A stretch of DNA of 62,598 nt, counting the filler. It is 7 parts of 7 records of this genome, joined end to end, with 100 filler letters (N's around TTAATTAATTAA, not from the genome) between each part and the next. Parts side by side here need not be neighbours in the genome. Positions count along the whole stretch, not along the records: positions 19,897 to 37,635 come from SRR11831585_718; 6 more parts are not named here. The stretch is one strand, 5' to 3'. Made by a program: the position numbers and the translations under genes. Under the pieces are notes generated by a model. It worked only from the letters and a program-made list of their open reading frames with translations. It did no database searches and was not told where the DNA came from. Position 1 is the stretch's first letter; each line of letters opens with the position of its first letter. Shown here piece after piece: positions 24,525 to 37,735 of the stretch.

Positions 24525-26572
24525 TGCGTGGCTCCTTGTGCCTGTTCCGTGGCGGGCGTTAATGTCGGGGCTGTCCAGTCTGGCAAGCGGGCGAAAAGCT
24601 GGCAGACGTGTTGCTCCTGTTTTAATAAGGTGGGCAGGATGGCCTGAGAGGCGGGTGTCTCTTCAAGCGTTATTTGAGGAGAACGGCTGAGTGCGGTTGC
24701 CAGACCGGCAGCGTATTTCTCCAGGGCGTCGGCAAACTGACCTGCTCTGTCCGGCTGTAGTGCGTTATCCAGCGCCTGCGCCGAGTTCCAGGTGGCATCC
24801 CAGGCGTGAAGAAGATCGCGGCCCTGACGAATAACCGTTTGCGAACGTTCAATCAGTAATGCGCGTTCTTCGCTGTCCAGTTGACGCTCCAGCGCCACGC
24901 GTTGGCACATCTCTTCACAGGCATTAAACGCCGCATGCAGACCGATACGAATTTGCAGATAAGTGCGCAGAGCCGTGACTTCCTGCTGGCGTGGGATCCG
25001 CATTACTTTACTTAACATACCCAGCGTGCCAGCCAGTTTTTGCGGCAGTGTGCGCGCTTCACTTTCAGGCCAGACAAAGGTGTAAATCACCGCGGACACC
25101 ACGGTACCAATGATGATACCCAGGGCGCGATCGCGAATTTCCACCAGGTCGTACACTGGGCCAAAAACGTTTTCGAGCGTGGCGAGCGCGAAGGTGACCA
25201 CCATCTGTGTGCCGATATAAGAAGAGCGTTCAGAGCTGGTGGCAATCCATGCGCCCAACAGGAAAATCGGTGCCAGCACAAACAGCAATTCGACAATATT
25301 GTCCAGCCAGGGCATGACCAGTAGCGTGAATAACAGCGCCAGAATCGCGCCGCAAAAGGCCCCGCCAAAACGCAGCACCATCTTCTGGTACGACGAACCG
25401 ACATTTGGGTTAGCGACGATCACGCATGTCAGCATACAGGTGTGAATGCCTTCCCAGTCCACGCCGCTGTAAAAGGTGTAACAGATCAAACAGGCGAGCA
25501 GCGTTTTTACCGCGTAGCGCATATAGTCTGGATTGGTAAAAGCATCGGCGGCCATTGATGGCGGTTTGGCTGCGGGCGTTGGCGGCGTATTCGGGTCCAT
25601 CTGACCCAGTTGTAACAACGTCTGGCAGATATTCTCCAGGTTACATTCCCGTGCCGCCATCGCTTCACTTTCACTGATCCGCCAGTCGCTTTGCCAGCAC
25701 TGACCTTCAGCAACGGCATGCTGCAGCTTGTTGATTTCTGAAGCTAATTTTTGTCGGAATTCAATAATTGCCTGAGAATCAGCAAAAGAGGTGGGATCGT
25801 AGCGATTCAGCGTCGAGTAAATGTAGGTTACCGTTGCCACGCAGCTTTGCCACCATGCGTTTTGAGTTCGCCAGTTGGCATCGTCCGCGAGGCAAAAGAC
25901 ATTGAGTTTTTGTAGCGCCAGCGCCTCTCTTTCAATCCGCGTTTCGGGTAGCGGTGCGAGGCTGTCTGTCAGGTGACTAATGGCATCATCAAGCCGATCA
26001 TTAAGCGCCTGATGCATTTGCGAAATGGCACGACTGGGAAACCACAGCACGCCGATTAACGTCATCAGCAAGGTTGGATAGAGGCCAACAACGATACACC
26101 ACAGCGTTAAGCGCACGACCACTTCCGGATAGTCGAGCATGGCGGGGAAGGTTTGCCCGTAAATAGCGACAATGGCGACGGCGAAAAAGACCAGCCCCAA
26201 GCGATGGGTGCGCATCAAAAACATGCAGCCCATCAGGATCGGTCCGGCGATGATCAATCGGATCAACGGTTCGCCGTATGACCATTTGTAGATCAAAAAC
26301 AGGCTGCCGATCTCCAGCACCGTGGCAACCACAAACAAGATCGCGACAAATTTGGTGTAAAACGCGTTCGACTGAATACCGTAAAACAGCACTGCCAGCG
26401 ATAACGCCACAAAAGGGATCTCAAAGGTCATCGAGATCAGAATCACCAGCAGGCAGCCTACCCAGAGTTGCACGGTCTGCGGCACGCGACCTGGTCGCCG
26501 CTCGCTTAACTCTTCATGAAAGAACGCCAGCAGCCTGACCACCGGTAATGGCAGGGAGTTGAGCGCGCTCAT
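24521..26572 (-). CDS. mdtO: FUSC/ArAE-family efflux permease MdtO
   Basis: 683 aa; synteny mdtN-mdtO-mdtP. Confidence 0.93.
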   Translation of the reverse strand: MSALNSLPLPVVRLLAFFHEELSERRPGRVPQTVQLWVGCLLVILISMTFEIPFVALSLAVLFYGIQSNAFYTKFVAILFVVATVLEIGSLFLIYKWSYGEPLIRLIIAGPILMGCMFLMRTHRLGLVFFAVAIVAIYGQTFPAMLDYPEVVVRLTLWCIVVGLYPTLLMTLIGVLWFPSRAISQMHQALNDRLDDAISHLTDSLAPLPETRIEREALALQKLNVFCLADDANWRTQNAWWQSCVATVTYIYSTLNRYDPTSFADSQAIIEFRQKLASEINKLQHAVAEGQCWQSDWRISESEAMAARECNLENICQTLLQLGQMDPNTPPTPAAKPPSMAADAFTNPDYMRYAVKTLLACLICYTFYSGVDWEGIHTCMLTCVIVANPNVGSSYQKMVLRFGGAFCGAILALLFTLLVMPWLDNIVELLFVLAPIFLLGAWIATSSERSSYIGTQMVVTFALATLENVFGPVYDLVEIRDRALGIIIGTVVSAVIYTFVWPESEARTLPQKLAGTLGMLSKVMRIPRQQEVTALRTYLQIRIGLHAAFNACEEMCQRVALERQLDSEERALLIERSQTVIRQGRDLLHAWDATWNSAQALDNALQPDRAGQFADALEKYAAGLATALSRSPQITLEETPASQAILPTLLKQEQHVCQLFARLPDWTAPTLTPATEQAQGATQ

Positions 26573-27603
26573 TATTGCGGCTCAAGATTAGCGACTGCCG
26601 AAGCGCCGATGCGGAACATTTCCGGGTCAGGTTTATCGACCATGATTTTGACCGGAAAACGCTGGGCAACGCGGACCCAGTTAATAGAACGAGACACTTT
26701 CGGCAGGCCGCCCAGCACCAGGCCGCCGTCATCCGGTAGCACGCCGTAGCCAATCGAATCCACTTTACCCTCGAAGGTTTTGCCGCTGTCACTCATCAGG
26801 CGAATCGTTGCGGGTGTACCTGAGCGAATATTTTTCAGATCGGTTTCGCGGAAGTTGGCGATCACATACCAGTGACGAGTGTCGATTAGGGTAAAAATAG
26901 GGCGCATGGCAGAAGCAAATTGCCCGACGGAGGTTTTGAGGGAAATGACCCGGCCATCAAACGGCGCGCGAACGGTCGCCATTTCCAGATGCAGTTTGGT
27001 CAGGGCAATATCCGCTTCGACCGCCGCACGCTGGGCAACTAATGCATCCACGCCGCTGACGGCGCTGGCGGCTGACTGCGCCTGTAACAATACGGCATTA
27101 AGATCCGCTTCTGCGGCGCGCTGCGCCGTTCTTGCACGGTCAACATCTTCCGCTGAGACAAAACCTTCTTTCAGTAATGGCTCGGTGCGGCGTAATGTAT
27201 CTGTGGCCTGTTTCGCGGCGGCACGGGCTTTTTCTACCGTGGCATTAATCGAGTCGGCACCAAACTGTTGCGCGTCAACGCTACGCTGGGTGAGCATAAT
27301 TTGCTTATCCAGCGCCGCGAGGGAGGCTTCAGCTTTCGCCAGATTGGCTTCGTACGGGCGCGGGTCGATGCGGAACAGCAAATCGCCCTGTTTGACTGCC
27401 TGGTTGTCGGTGACCGCCAGTTCTACAATGCGGCCGCTGACTTCCGGTACCACATCAATGGTATCTGCTGACGCGTAAGCGTCATTAGTTGATGGCGCAC
27501 TGTCTACGCGCCAGATAACGAAAACAAGGGCAACCAGCGCCAACGCAACCACTAACAGAGCAGGGAATTTACTGCGAGGAGCTTTTTTCGGCGTACTTTC
27601 CAT
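26572..27603 (-). CDS. mdtN: Membrane fusion protein MdtN
   Basis: VKQGDLLFRIDP and VRAPFDG lipoyl-like motifs. Confidence 0.94.
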   Translation of the reverse strand: MESTPKKAPRSKFPALLVVALALVALVFVIWRVDSAPSTNDAYASADTIDVVPEVSGRIVELAVTDNQAVKQGDLLFRIDPRPYEANLAKAEASLAALDKQIMLTQRSVDAQQFGADSINATVEKARAAAKQATDTLRRTEPLLKEGFVSAEDVDRARTAQRAAEADLNAVLLQAQSAASAVSGVDALVAQRAAVEADIALTKLHLEMATVRAPFDGRVISLKTSVGQFASAMRPIFTLIDTRHWYVIANFRETDLKNIRSGTPATIRLMSDSGKTFEGKVDSIGYGVLPDDGGLVLGGLPKVSRSINWVRVAQRFPVKIMVDKPDPEMFRIGASAVANLEPQ

Positions 27604-27621
27604 GAGCGCGTCTCAAATAGA

Positions 27622-27897
27622 TTAGAAAAATGCCAGCCAGAACAGCATGGCGTAGAGAGCAAAAAGGGCGGTATAAATAATTCCGACAAATGCCAGATTG
27701 ATATTTGCCCGCTGAATAACTCGCCTCGTGATGAGCGTCAAAATAAGGCTGGCAATGGCGCAGAAAAACCAGCTGGGATAATAAGCGCCGATCACCGGGA
27801 TTGCCGGAGATAATGAGCATCCCGAAACCATGAAGACGGGAATTATCCAGGCTGTTTTTTTGAGTTGCATCGCCATGCGAGAGAGAACTGTTGGCAT
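27622..27897 (-). CDS. ytcA: Small lipoprotein YtcA
   Basis: VSGC lipobox and GAYYPSW motif; upstream of mdtN. Confidence 0.8.
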   Translation of the reverse strand: MPTVLSRMAMQLKKTAWIIPVFMVSGCSLSPAIPVIGAYYPSWFFCAIASLILTLITRRVIQRANINLAFVGIIYTALFALYAMLFWLAFF

Positions 27898-28069
27898 ATT
27901 AAATACATCCTGTCTGCTGCGAACAATATCTGTAGTGAATATCAATATCCATTGAAGGCGTCAGTATGGCTATTTTCTTGATGAATAAAAATAGCTTTAT
28001 TCAGCCACCGCATTCATAACTTATATATTTTATTTATTAATTGGCTGTATATATTTTTAAAATAAATAC

Positions 28070-28095
28070 TTTTGGGGGCTTCAGCGCCCCCAAAA
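28070..28095 (-). terminator. Probable yjcS terminator
   Basis: TTTTGGGGGC...GCCCCCAAAA inverted repeat. Confidence 0.6.
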
Positions 28096-28105
28096 GCGAG
28101 TGACA

Positions 28106-30091
28106 TTAATTTGGGGTTACGATATTCACCCACAAATCGAAATTATCCAGACAGGCGATAATTTCTTCCAGTTTCGCGCCATTGCCAATAATTTTGGCTT
28201 TCTTCGCTTTTACCAGATCCGCCATTTTGGCTTGTCCGGTCAGCACGGCGTGCAGATCTTCACGGCTGATGTAGAAAGAGGCGTCGGCTTGCGGTTGCAG
28301 CGTTTTCCGGTAGTTAAGCACGCTATCGTTCAGCGTCAGGTTGAGGTTATCGCCGTTGCTCATATTGAAGTTCAGGCTGATATTTTTACCCGCAGCTTTC
28401 GCGCTATCGAGGCGAACGGCCATAAAGTCGAACAGCATTTCGACCGACATCCCGCGAATGGTGTCCGGGGAACCGGTGGTGCCGTGGCTGAACTTATGCA
28501 CCCCTTCGCGCAGCTCTTTCGCGCCGGTCAGGTAGAAACCGCGCCATGTGGCGGACTCGGCCTGATAGCCCAGCTGTTCAAAGTTATTCGCTTGCAGATT
28601 CTTCGCGACCTGGTCACCCGGGTTGGCGGCAATCACCTGTTTCAGCAGTTCTGCCGACCAGCGGTAATCACCTTGCTTGTTCGCTTCTTGCGCCAGGTTG
28701 ATGACACGGGCAGAACCGCCCAGCGCCTGCACGTAACGTTTACCCATCTCCACCTGACCATACGGATGCAGGTTAGCCGGGTTACCGTCGTAATAGCCAA
28801 GATAGAAGTTATACACCGCGCGGGCGTTGTGGCTGACAGAACCGTAATAGCCGCGGCTGGCCCAGTTATTGGCAAGTGCAGGCGGCAGCTTAATCATGTC
28901 GCCGATTTCATTCATGGTGTAGCCCTGGTTCGCCAGGTGCAGGGTCTGGTCGTGAATGTACTTGATGGTATCGCGGTATTTACCAATATAATCATTGATA
29001 TGCTTATTGCCCCAGACCGGCCAGGTGTGCGGCATAAACAGCACTTCCGCGTCGTTACCCCACATATCCAGCGTTTCGTTCAGATACTCGGTCCACTTGC
29101 TGGTGTCGCGGGTTTTCGCGCCGCGCAGAGTGTAGAAGTTGTGCAGGGTATGCGTGGCGTTCTCGGCGGTACACAGGGCTTTCAGGGCCGGAATATAGAA
29201 GTGCATTTCGGCTGGCGCTTCGCTACCTGGGGTCATCAGGAAGTCAAACTCCAGGCCGTCGATAATCATCTTCTCGCCAGTTCTGACGATAGTTTTCGTC
29301 GGTGCAATAATGCTCGGGTCGCCCGTTGCCAGCGTCACGCCAAGGCCATTACCCACATTGCCTTGCGCGTTGTGCGGCAGTAACAGACCGTAAGAGTAGA
29401 GCGCACGGCGGCTCATGATGTTACCCGCCAGCACGTTTTCGCTGATGGCTTCGTCCATAAAGCCTGCAGGGGCAATCACCTGAACTTTGCCGGATTTAAC
29501 ATCGGCTTCAGAGATAATGCCTTTCACGCCACCATAGTGGTCGGTGTGGCTGTGAGTGTAGATAACGGCAACAATCGGTTTTTGCGGACGATGCTGGAAG
29601 TAAAGGTCAAGTGCGGCTTTTGCGGCAGGCGGCGTCACCAGCGGGTCGATAACAATAATGCCTTTCTCGCCCTCAACGAACGTAATGTTAGAGATATCCT
29701 GGCCGCGCACCTGATACATTTTATCGGTGACTTTGAACAGGCCAGAAATACCGTTGATTTGCGACTGACGCCACAGGCTGGGGTTTACGGTTTCCGGCGC
29801 TGCGGCATTAATATCAAATTTGTAATCGTCCGCGCGGTAGTAAACTTTACCGTTCGCATCACGCAGAATACCTTCATCCAGCAGCGGGGCGATAAATCCA
29901 CGCTGGGCATCGTCAAAATCCTGACGATCGCTAAACGGTAATGATTTGGCGTAATTCTGATTAACCTGTTGGGTATATTGAGTGGCGGCTTTCGCTTCCT
30001 CTTTCGCGTTAGCGGTATTTACCATCATGCCGCTGGCGGCAGTTAACGCAATAACAATCCTGCTCAAACGGAATAACCGAGAGTTATTCAT
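28106..30091 (-). CDS. yjcS: Alkyl sulfatase (metallo-beta-lactamase fold)
   Basis: [10 protein letters not shown] motif; C-terminal SCP2-like domain. Confidence 0.93.
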
Positions 30092-30363
30092 ATAAATCTC
30101 CATTTATCATTTATGTCGTAAATATGTAATCCATGCAAAATACGTCATTTAAAGCTGGCGTTATCATAATTGGGAAATTGCGACTTTAATAAGTGGAAGT
30201 GTGAGCGGAACGCGCCATTTTATTAGGCATTTGTGCTGAAGAGGGAAAATTACAGTAAAACTATCATTGCAGAAAATAATATGAGTCGTTTTATGTGTTT
30301 ATTATATATATTGTACCTGTCGTTGGCACAGCGGGACATTGCGCTACTGTGCCAACGTTTTAC

Positions 30364-31972
<1,609 letters not shown>

Positions 31973-31982
31973 GTTCAATTCC

Positions 31983-32963
31983 TTACTTACTGATAAGACG
32001 GTCAAGGGCGACAGCCGCGATAATTAATCCGCCCATCACCACCAGTTGGTAATAGGTTTGTACCTGCAAAATATTCAGACCGTTGTTGATGGTGCCGATG
32101 ATCAACCCGCCAATCACCACAGAGAAAATGCGCCCCTTGCCGCCGAAGAAACTGGTGCCGCCAATGATGGCGCTGGCAATGGCATAGGTTTCAAAACCCA
32201 TACCGGCAAGCGGTTCTGCGGCACCGAGTCGTGCAGTTGAGACGACGCCTGCCAGACCTGCACAAACACCGGAGATGATAAACACCACCAGGATGTGGAA
32301 TTTCACGTCAATCCCGGAATAGAACGCCGAATTTTTGTTGCCGCCCAGTGCGTAGATGTTGCGCCCGAGCCGCATACGCGTTGTCAGAAACCAAAGGATG
32401 AGCGCGACAATTAGTGAGAAGATAACGGGGACAGGTATCCCAATTACGCTGGCGGCAAAGAAGTTCACGAAGTCAAATGAGAAGCCGTATACCGAGTTGG
32501 CATCGGAGATCACCAGCGTGATCCCACGGAAAATCGCGTTGGTGCCAAGGGTGATGATGAACGGGTGTAGCCCCGTCCAGTTGACCAGGCAGCCGTTGAT
32601 CGCCCCCAGTGCGCCGCCAACCAGTACACCGCCAATCATCGCTGCGAGAAACGGGTCAACACCTGCCAACATCAGTTTGGCGGTCACCATACCGGAAAGC
32701 GCCAGAATCGCGCCAACCGAGAGGTCGATACCAGCGACCAGGATAGCGAAAAACTCGCCCATGCCGATCAATACCGTCACGGAGCTTTGAACAAAAATCT
32801 GGGTAATATTATTGGTGGTCAGAAAATATTCTGGTGACAGCGAACCAAAGATGGCGACGATGATCGCCAGGATAAAAAAGGTGCCGTATTTATCCCAGAA
32901 CAGCGCAAAGTTGAACGGTTTCTTCTCGCTCGCTTCGCTTTTTACTCTTGTGGTAAAGCCCAT
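31983..32963 (-). CDS. alsC: Allose ABC transporter permease
   Basis: GIDLSVG and IIGGTSFFGG motifs. Confidence 0.96.
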   Translation of the reverse strand: MGFTTRVKSEASEKKPFNFALFWDKYGTFFILAIIVAIFGSLSPEYFLTTNNITQIFVQSSVTVLIGMGEFFAILVAGIDLSVGAILALSGMVTAKLMLAGVDPFLAAMIGGVLVGGALGAINGCLVNWTGLHPFIITLGTNAIFRGITLVISDANSVYGFSFDFVNFFAASVIGIPVPVIFSLIVALILWFLTTRMRLGRNIYALGGNKNSAFYSGIDVKFHILVVFIISGVCAGLAGVVSTARLGAAEPLAGMGFETYAIASAIIGGTSFFGGKGRIFSVVIGGLIIGTINNGLNILQVQTYYQLVVMGGLIIAAVALDRLISK

Positions 32964-34474
32964 GCCATAATCTCCTCTTCGCTCATGTCATCGCGATTCG
33001 TCAGGATTTGCGTCAGTCGTCCTTCGCAGAACACGGCGATGCGGTCGCAGACGGTGATAATTTCAGGTAGTTCAGATGACACCATCAGGATGACTTTTCC
33101 GTCGTCCGCCAGTTGGCGCATCACTTTGTAAATTTCGGCTTTCGCGCCAACGTCGATGCCGCGGGTAGGTTCATCGAAAATAATCACTTCCGGGCAACAG
33201 CACAGCCATTTGGAGATCAGGACTTTCTGCTGATTTCCCCCGGAGAGTTCGGTGATATTCTGGTTTACCGAATGACATTTCAGCGCCAGCAGTTCGCGTT
33301 GATTTTCAGCGGTACGTTGCTCGTCAACTTCATGAAACAAGCCCATCGCGCCTTTATAGCCGCCGTCTTTCAGACTGCGGCTGATCGCCATGTTCTGAGC
33401 GATGGAAAAGTTGGGGAAAAAACCGTTATCCCGGCGGCTTTCAGTGATGTAAGCCATCCCTTTTTTCACGGCATCCAGGGGTGAACGTGGAGAGATATCT
33501 TTGCCATTAAGACGGATTTCTCCGCCAGCGCGTTTATCCACGCCAAACAGACAATTCATCAGTTCAGTACGTCCGGAACCGACCAGTCCGGCAAAGCCTA
33601 ATATTTCTCCCCGGCAGACGCTAAATGAGATATCCCGGACCTTTTTTCTGTCACGACTGGTGACGTTCCGCACCTCAAAAACCGTTTCGTGCGCAAGGTT
33701 GCTGACATTCTCCTTCATCGCGTTAAAACGGTTTTGCAGTTCGCGGCCTACCATCAGACGGACGATATCGTCATTTGACACATCGCTTACTATGCCGCTG
33801 CAAACGCTGCTGCCGTCTTTCATCACCGTATAGCGGTCGCAAATACGGCGAATTTCCGCCAACTTATGCGAGATATAGACGATGGCCGTACCCTCTTTAC
33901 GCAACTGATTCATGATCAGAAACAGATAGTCCACCTCTTTATTGGTGAGTGAGGAGGTGGGTTCATCCATGATGATGACTTTGGCATCGAGCATCAGCGT
34001 TTTGGCAATTTCTAGCATCTGCTTGTGGCTGATAGATAAATTCGCCACTTTCTCATCTAGATCAACTTTCAAGCCCACGCGTAATAACATCATGGCGGCG
34101 CGGACACGCATTTCTCGCCAGTCGATAATATTGACGCCACAGATTTTTTTCGTCAGATGACGACCAATATATAAATTTTCCAGTACGGTTAATTCATCAA
34201 TAACGCTGAGTTCCTGATAAATAATCCCGATACCGAGTTGTGCCGCTAATTTATGATCCAGCTTGTTATAGCTAATGTTATTAATGGTAATGGTGCCTTT
34301 GGTCGGCTCATGTATTCCGGATAAAACTTTCATTAGCGTGGATTTACCCGCGCCATTTTCTCCTAGTAATGCATGTATTTCACCAGGATAAACCGTTAAA
34401 TTAACCGACTTTAATGCGTGAACCGGACCAAAGGACTTGCCGATCCCCGCCATCGATATATATGGCGTGGCCAT
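32942..34474 (-). CDS. alsA: Allose ABC transporter ATPase
   Basis: GENGAGKST and LSGGNQQK motifs. Confidence 0.96.
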   Translation of the reverse strand: MATPYISMAGIGKSFGPVHALKSVNLTVYPGEIHALLGENGAGKSTLMKVLSGIHEPTKGTITINNISYNKLDHKLAAQLGIGIIYQELSVIDELTVLENLYIGRHLTKKICGVNIIDWREMRVRAAMMLLRVGLKVDLDEKVANLSISHKQMLEIAKTLMLDAKVIIMDEPTSSLTNKEVDYLFLIMNQLRKEGTAIVYISHKLAEIRRICDRYTVMKDGSSVCSGIVSDVSNDDIVRLMVGRELQNRFNAMKENVSNLAHETVFEVRNVTSRDRKKVRDISFSVCRGEILGFAGLVGSGRTELMNCLFGVDKRAGGEIRLNGKDISPRSPLDAVKKGMAYITESRRDNGFFPNFSIAQNMAISRSLKDGGYKGAMGLFHEVDEQRTAENQRELLALKCHSVNQNITELSGGNQQKVLISKWLCCCPEVIIFDEPTRGIDVGAKAEIYKVMRQLADDGKVILMVSSELPEIITVCDRIAVFCEGRLTQILTNRDDMSEEEIMAWALPQE

Positions 34475-34600
34475 AAATAACCTCTCTGCACGAAATATCG
34501 TATTATTGCCTGATGGCTACATTTATCAGGTCTACGTTCAGGTTATTTTGTTGGCCGGATAAGACACTTCATTAGCATCATCATCCGGCATCATTCAGTT

Positions 34601-35536
34601 TTATTGAGTGACCAGGATTGAATCGACCAGTTTAAATTCCGGTGCTTTATCCAGCGGGATAACCTTGCCGGATTTCTCAGCGTCAACCATCAGCTTCAGA
34701 CCCGTTGCGCCGATATCCGCCGGGTTCTGGGCAACCGTCGCGGTCATTTGTCCGGCTTCCACCATTTTGCGGGCTTCCGGAATGCCATCTGTACCGACGA
34801 CCAGCACTTTTCCCGTTTTTCCGGCGTTTGTGACTGCCTGAGCAACACCCATTGCCATCGTGTCATTCGCGCAATAGATCGCTTTAATATTCGGATTACG
34901 TTGCAACACGTTAGTGGCGACATCCAGTGCTTTAATGCGGTCCCAGTCGGCAGGCTGGCTGGCGACAAGCTTGATCTGGCTTGCTTTTTTGAAGGCTTCG
35001 GTGGCACCATTACGACGCGCTTCACCGGAGGCGTTACCGGCTTTACCCTCAATGATTGCGACTTCACCACCTTCAGCGCCCAATTTGTCAATAATGAACG
35101 ACGCGCCTTTCGCCCCGACAGCAACGTTATCGGTGGTGACAAAAGCTTCCACATTGCCGCCAGCTTTTTTCAGATTATCCATGTCGATTTTTTCATCGAG
35201 ATTAACCAGATAAATGCCTTTTTTCCATGCGCGGGCGACAGGCATGACCAGATTCACTGAGGATAATGGAGCGAAGGCGATACCTTTGTAATTTTTATTA
35301 CTGAGATCTTCAAATAACTGCAATTGAGATTGAAAATCGCCTTCTGAAGGAGAGGCAAAAATATCAACGCTGACGCCCAGTGTTTTTGCTTCATCTTCAA
35401 TGCCTTTTTTCATATCTACCCAAAATGGGTTGGAGAGGGTTTTCAATACGACAGCATATTCGGCGGCAGCAAAAGCGCTGGTTGACAACATTAAGCCCAC
35501 GAGTGTGCCGCTGAAATATTTCAGATATTTATTCAT
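34601..35536 (-). CDS. alsB: Allose-binding periplasmic protein
   Basis: Signal peptide and LSNPFW motif. Confidence 0.96.
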   Translation of the reverse strand: MNKYLKYFSGTLVGLMLSTSAFAAAEYAVVLKTLSNPFWVDMKKGIEDEAKTLGVSVDIFASPSEGDFQSQLQLFEDLSNKNYKGIAFAPLSSVNLVMPVARAWKKGIYLVNLDEKIDMDNLKKAGGNVEAFVTTDNVAVGAKGASFIIDKLGAEGGEVAIIEGKAGNASGEARRNGATEAFKKASQIKLVASQPADWDRIKALDVATNVLQRNPNIKAIYCANDTMAMGVAQAVTNAGKTGKVLVVGTDGIPEARKMVEAGQMTATVAQNPADIGATGLKLMVDAEKSGKVIPLDKAPEFKLVDSILVTQ

Positions 35537-35594
35537 AATAATGTTCTCACGGTAAGGGGACAGGTAACTCCGCGATGGCGGAATTACCTTTTTC

Positions 35595-36485
35595 TTATTT
35601 CAGCGCGCCTGGTGAGAAGAAATCAACAATTGCGCCGGTTTTTTGCATATTAATATTAGCTTGTTCAATGTTGAGCTGGGCGACAGAGACAAAAAAAGCG
35701 TCCAGCAAAGTTAGTTGTAATATTCTTGCCGAGGCATTACGACCTAATAACGGCGTTTCCGGGGCTGGTGAGCAAATAATATAATCGGCCAGTTTCGCTA
35801 TCGGTGAATGGTAGCTATGGGTTATACAAATAATCTTTGCCCCGTTCTTTTTTGCCAGTTCTACGGCCGCTTTTACATCACTGGTTCGCCCGGAATGGGT
35901 CACTACCAGCACAACATCTCCTTCCTGTAACAACGAAGCGGACATCATCATGATGTGAGCATCAGGATAGGCCTGACAGCGTACGCCAATGCGCAAGAAC
36001 TTGTGCTGTACATCAGCACAGATAGCATTTGATCCTCCGGCACCGTACAAATCCCGCTGTCTGGCCTGATAGAAAAAGCGGGCGGCACGGTGGATCTCAT
36101 CAACGTTGACGATCGACTGACCTTCCATAATGGTGCGTAAAGTGATGTTAAATACCTTATTCACCACATCCTGCGGCGCTTCATCAAAAGCCAACTCGGA
36201 AGGCAATACCTGTTCTGACTGAGAAAAATAATCTTCCAGCGCACTGCGTAAGTTACGAAAGCCGCTAAACCCCAGCAGCTTTGATACCTTAACTATCATC
36301 GCTTCAGATACCGCCAGAGCTTCTGCGACATCTTTAATTGCGGGTGCACAACTCAGGTTACCGGGTTTGAGTAACCACTCCACGATGCGGCTTTCATTTT
36401 CTGTCATTCCTTCCTGCTTCATTCGCAGGTAAGGCGCTAACCCTATACCGTTCGGAAGCGCTGAATCAAACTCTGACTGGCTCAT
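35595..36485 (-). CDS. alsR: RpiR-family repressor AlsR
   Basis: HTH plus SIS domain; divergent from rpiB. Confidence 0.95.
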   Translation of the reverse strand: MSQSEFDSALPNGIGLAPYLRMKQEGMTENESRIVEWLLKPGNLSCAPAIKDVAEALAVSEAMIVKVSKLLGFSGFRNLRSALEDYFSQSEQVLPSELAFDEAPQDVVNKVFNITLRTIMEGQSIVNVDEIHRAARFFYQARQRDLYGAGGSNAICADVQHKFLRIGVRCQAYPDAHIMMMSASLLQEGDVVLVVTHSGRTSDVKAAVELAKKNGAKIICITHSYHSPIAKLADYIICSPAPETPLLGRNASARILQLTLLDAFFVSVAQLNIEQANINMQKTGAIVDFFSPGALK

Positions 36486-36843
36486 CACGTTCTCTTGTCC
36501 TTGAATTGAAGACGCCACTATATCACCACAGCAAGAACAGAAAAGATGCTGGCGACTTCACAAAAAAATAAAATTTATAAAGTTTATTTTATTGTGAACA
36601 ATGGCGAGTGGCTTAAAATTTTATTTCATTTAATTAGTTTAAAAACATGATGTTATTTGTTTTTCTGGTTTTTTAGATGATAGATGTTGCTGGATGGTGA
36701 GTGTCTTTAACGCTATTGCGCTGTCAGATGTAACTCTGTAAAACAGATCAGGAAGGCGTAATTCATCGATTTTGGGTGTTTTTAATTCATTAACATCACA
36801 AATGTTTTTTGATTGTGAAGTTTTGCACGGACGGGGAAGATGA

Positions 36844-37293
36844 ATGAAAAAGATTGCATTTGGCTGTGATCATGTCGGTTTCATTTTAAAACATGAAATA
36901 GTGGCACATTTAGTTGAGCGTGGCGTTGAAGTGATTGATAAAGGAACCTGGTCGTCAGAGCGTACTGATTATCCACATTACGCCAGTCAAGTCGCACTGG
37001 CTGTTGCTGGCGGAGAGGTTGATGGCGGGATTTTGATTTGTGGTACTGGCGTCGGTATTTCGATAGCGGCGAACAAGTTTGCCGGAATTCGCGCGGTCGT
37101 CTGTAGCGAACCTTATTCCGCGCAACTTTCGCGGCAGCATAACGACACCAACGTGCTGGCTTTTGGTTCACGAGTGGTTGGCCTCGAACTGGCAAAAATG
37201 ATTGTGGATGCGTGGCTGGGCGCACAGTACGAAGGCGGTCGTCATCAACAACGCGTGGAGGCGATTACGGCAATAGAGCAGCGGAGAAATTGA
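36844..37293 (+). CDS. rpiB: Ribose-5-phosphate/allose-6-phosphate isomerase B
   Basis: GCDHVG and CGTGVG motifs. Confidence 0.97.
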   Translation: MKKIAFGCDHVGFILKHEIVAHLVERGVEVIDKGTWSSERTDYPHYASQVALAVAGGEVDGGILICGTGVGISIAANKFAGIRAVVCSEPYSAQLSRQHNDTNVLAFGSRVVGLELAKMIVDAWLGAQYEGGRHQQRVEAITAIEQRRN

Positions 37294-37361
37294 GATTCAT
37301 CCACTACTTGCATGGATGAGTAATGATTAATGTGGATAGAGTTTCTTTTTGAGGTTGGCTA

Positions 37362-37635
37362 ATGAAACGCTTTCCGCTATTTCTTTTATTCACCCTGCTC
37401 ACGCTGTCCACCGTTCCGGCCCAGGCCGATATTATCGACGACACCATTGGCAATATTCAGCAGGCGATTAATGACGCTTATAACCCTGACCGTGGGCGAG
37501 ACTATGAAGATTCGCGCGACGACGGCTGGCAGCGTGAAGTGAGCGACGATCGGCGCAGACAATATGACGACCGCCGCCGCCAGTTTGAAGATCGCCGCAG
37601 GCAGCTGGACGATCGCCAGCGCCAGCTTGATCAGG
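37362..37635 (+). CDS. yjdP: YjdP (DDRRRQ repeat protein), truncated at contig end
   Basis: Signal peptide plus DDRRRQY/F/L heptad repeats. Confidence 0.88.
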
Positions 37636-37735
37636 NNNNNNNNNNNNNNNNNNNNNNNNNNNNNNNNNNNNNNNNNNNNTTAATTAATTAANNNNNNNNN
37701 NNNNNNNNNNNNNNNNNNNNNNNNNNNNNNNNNNN
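37636..37735. other. Artificial contig spacer
   Basis: N44-TTAATTAATTAA-N44. Confidence 0.98.

Noticed and set aside
28100-29383. 427-aa plus-strand ORF
   Set aside because: Antisense shadow of yjcS with no recognisable motifs.
37540-37635. Imperfect 21-nt tandem repeats at the contig end
   Set aside because: These are the coding repeats of yjdP (DDRRRQ) and a likely cause of the assembly break.
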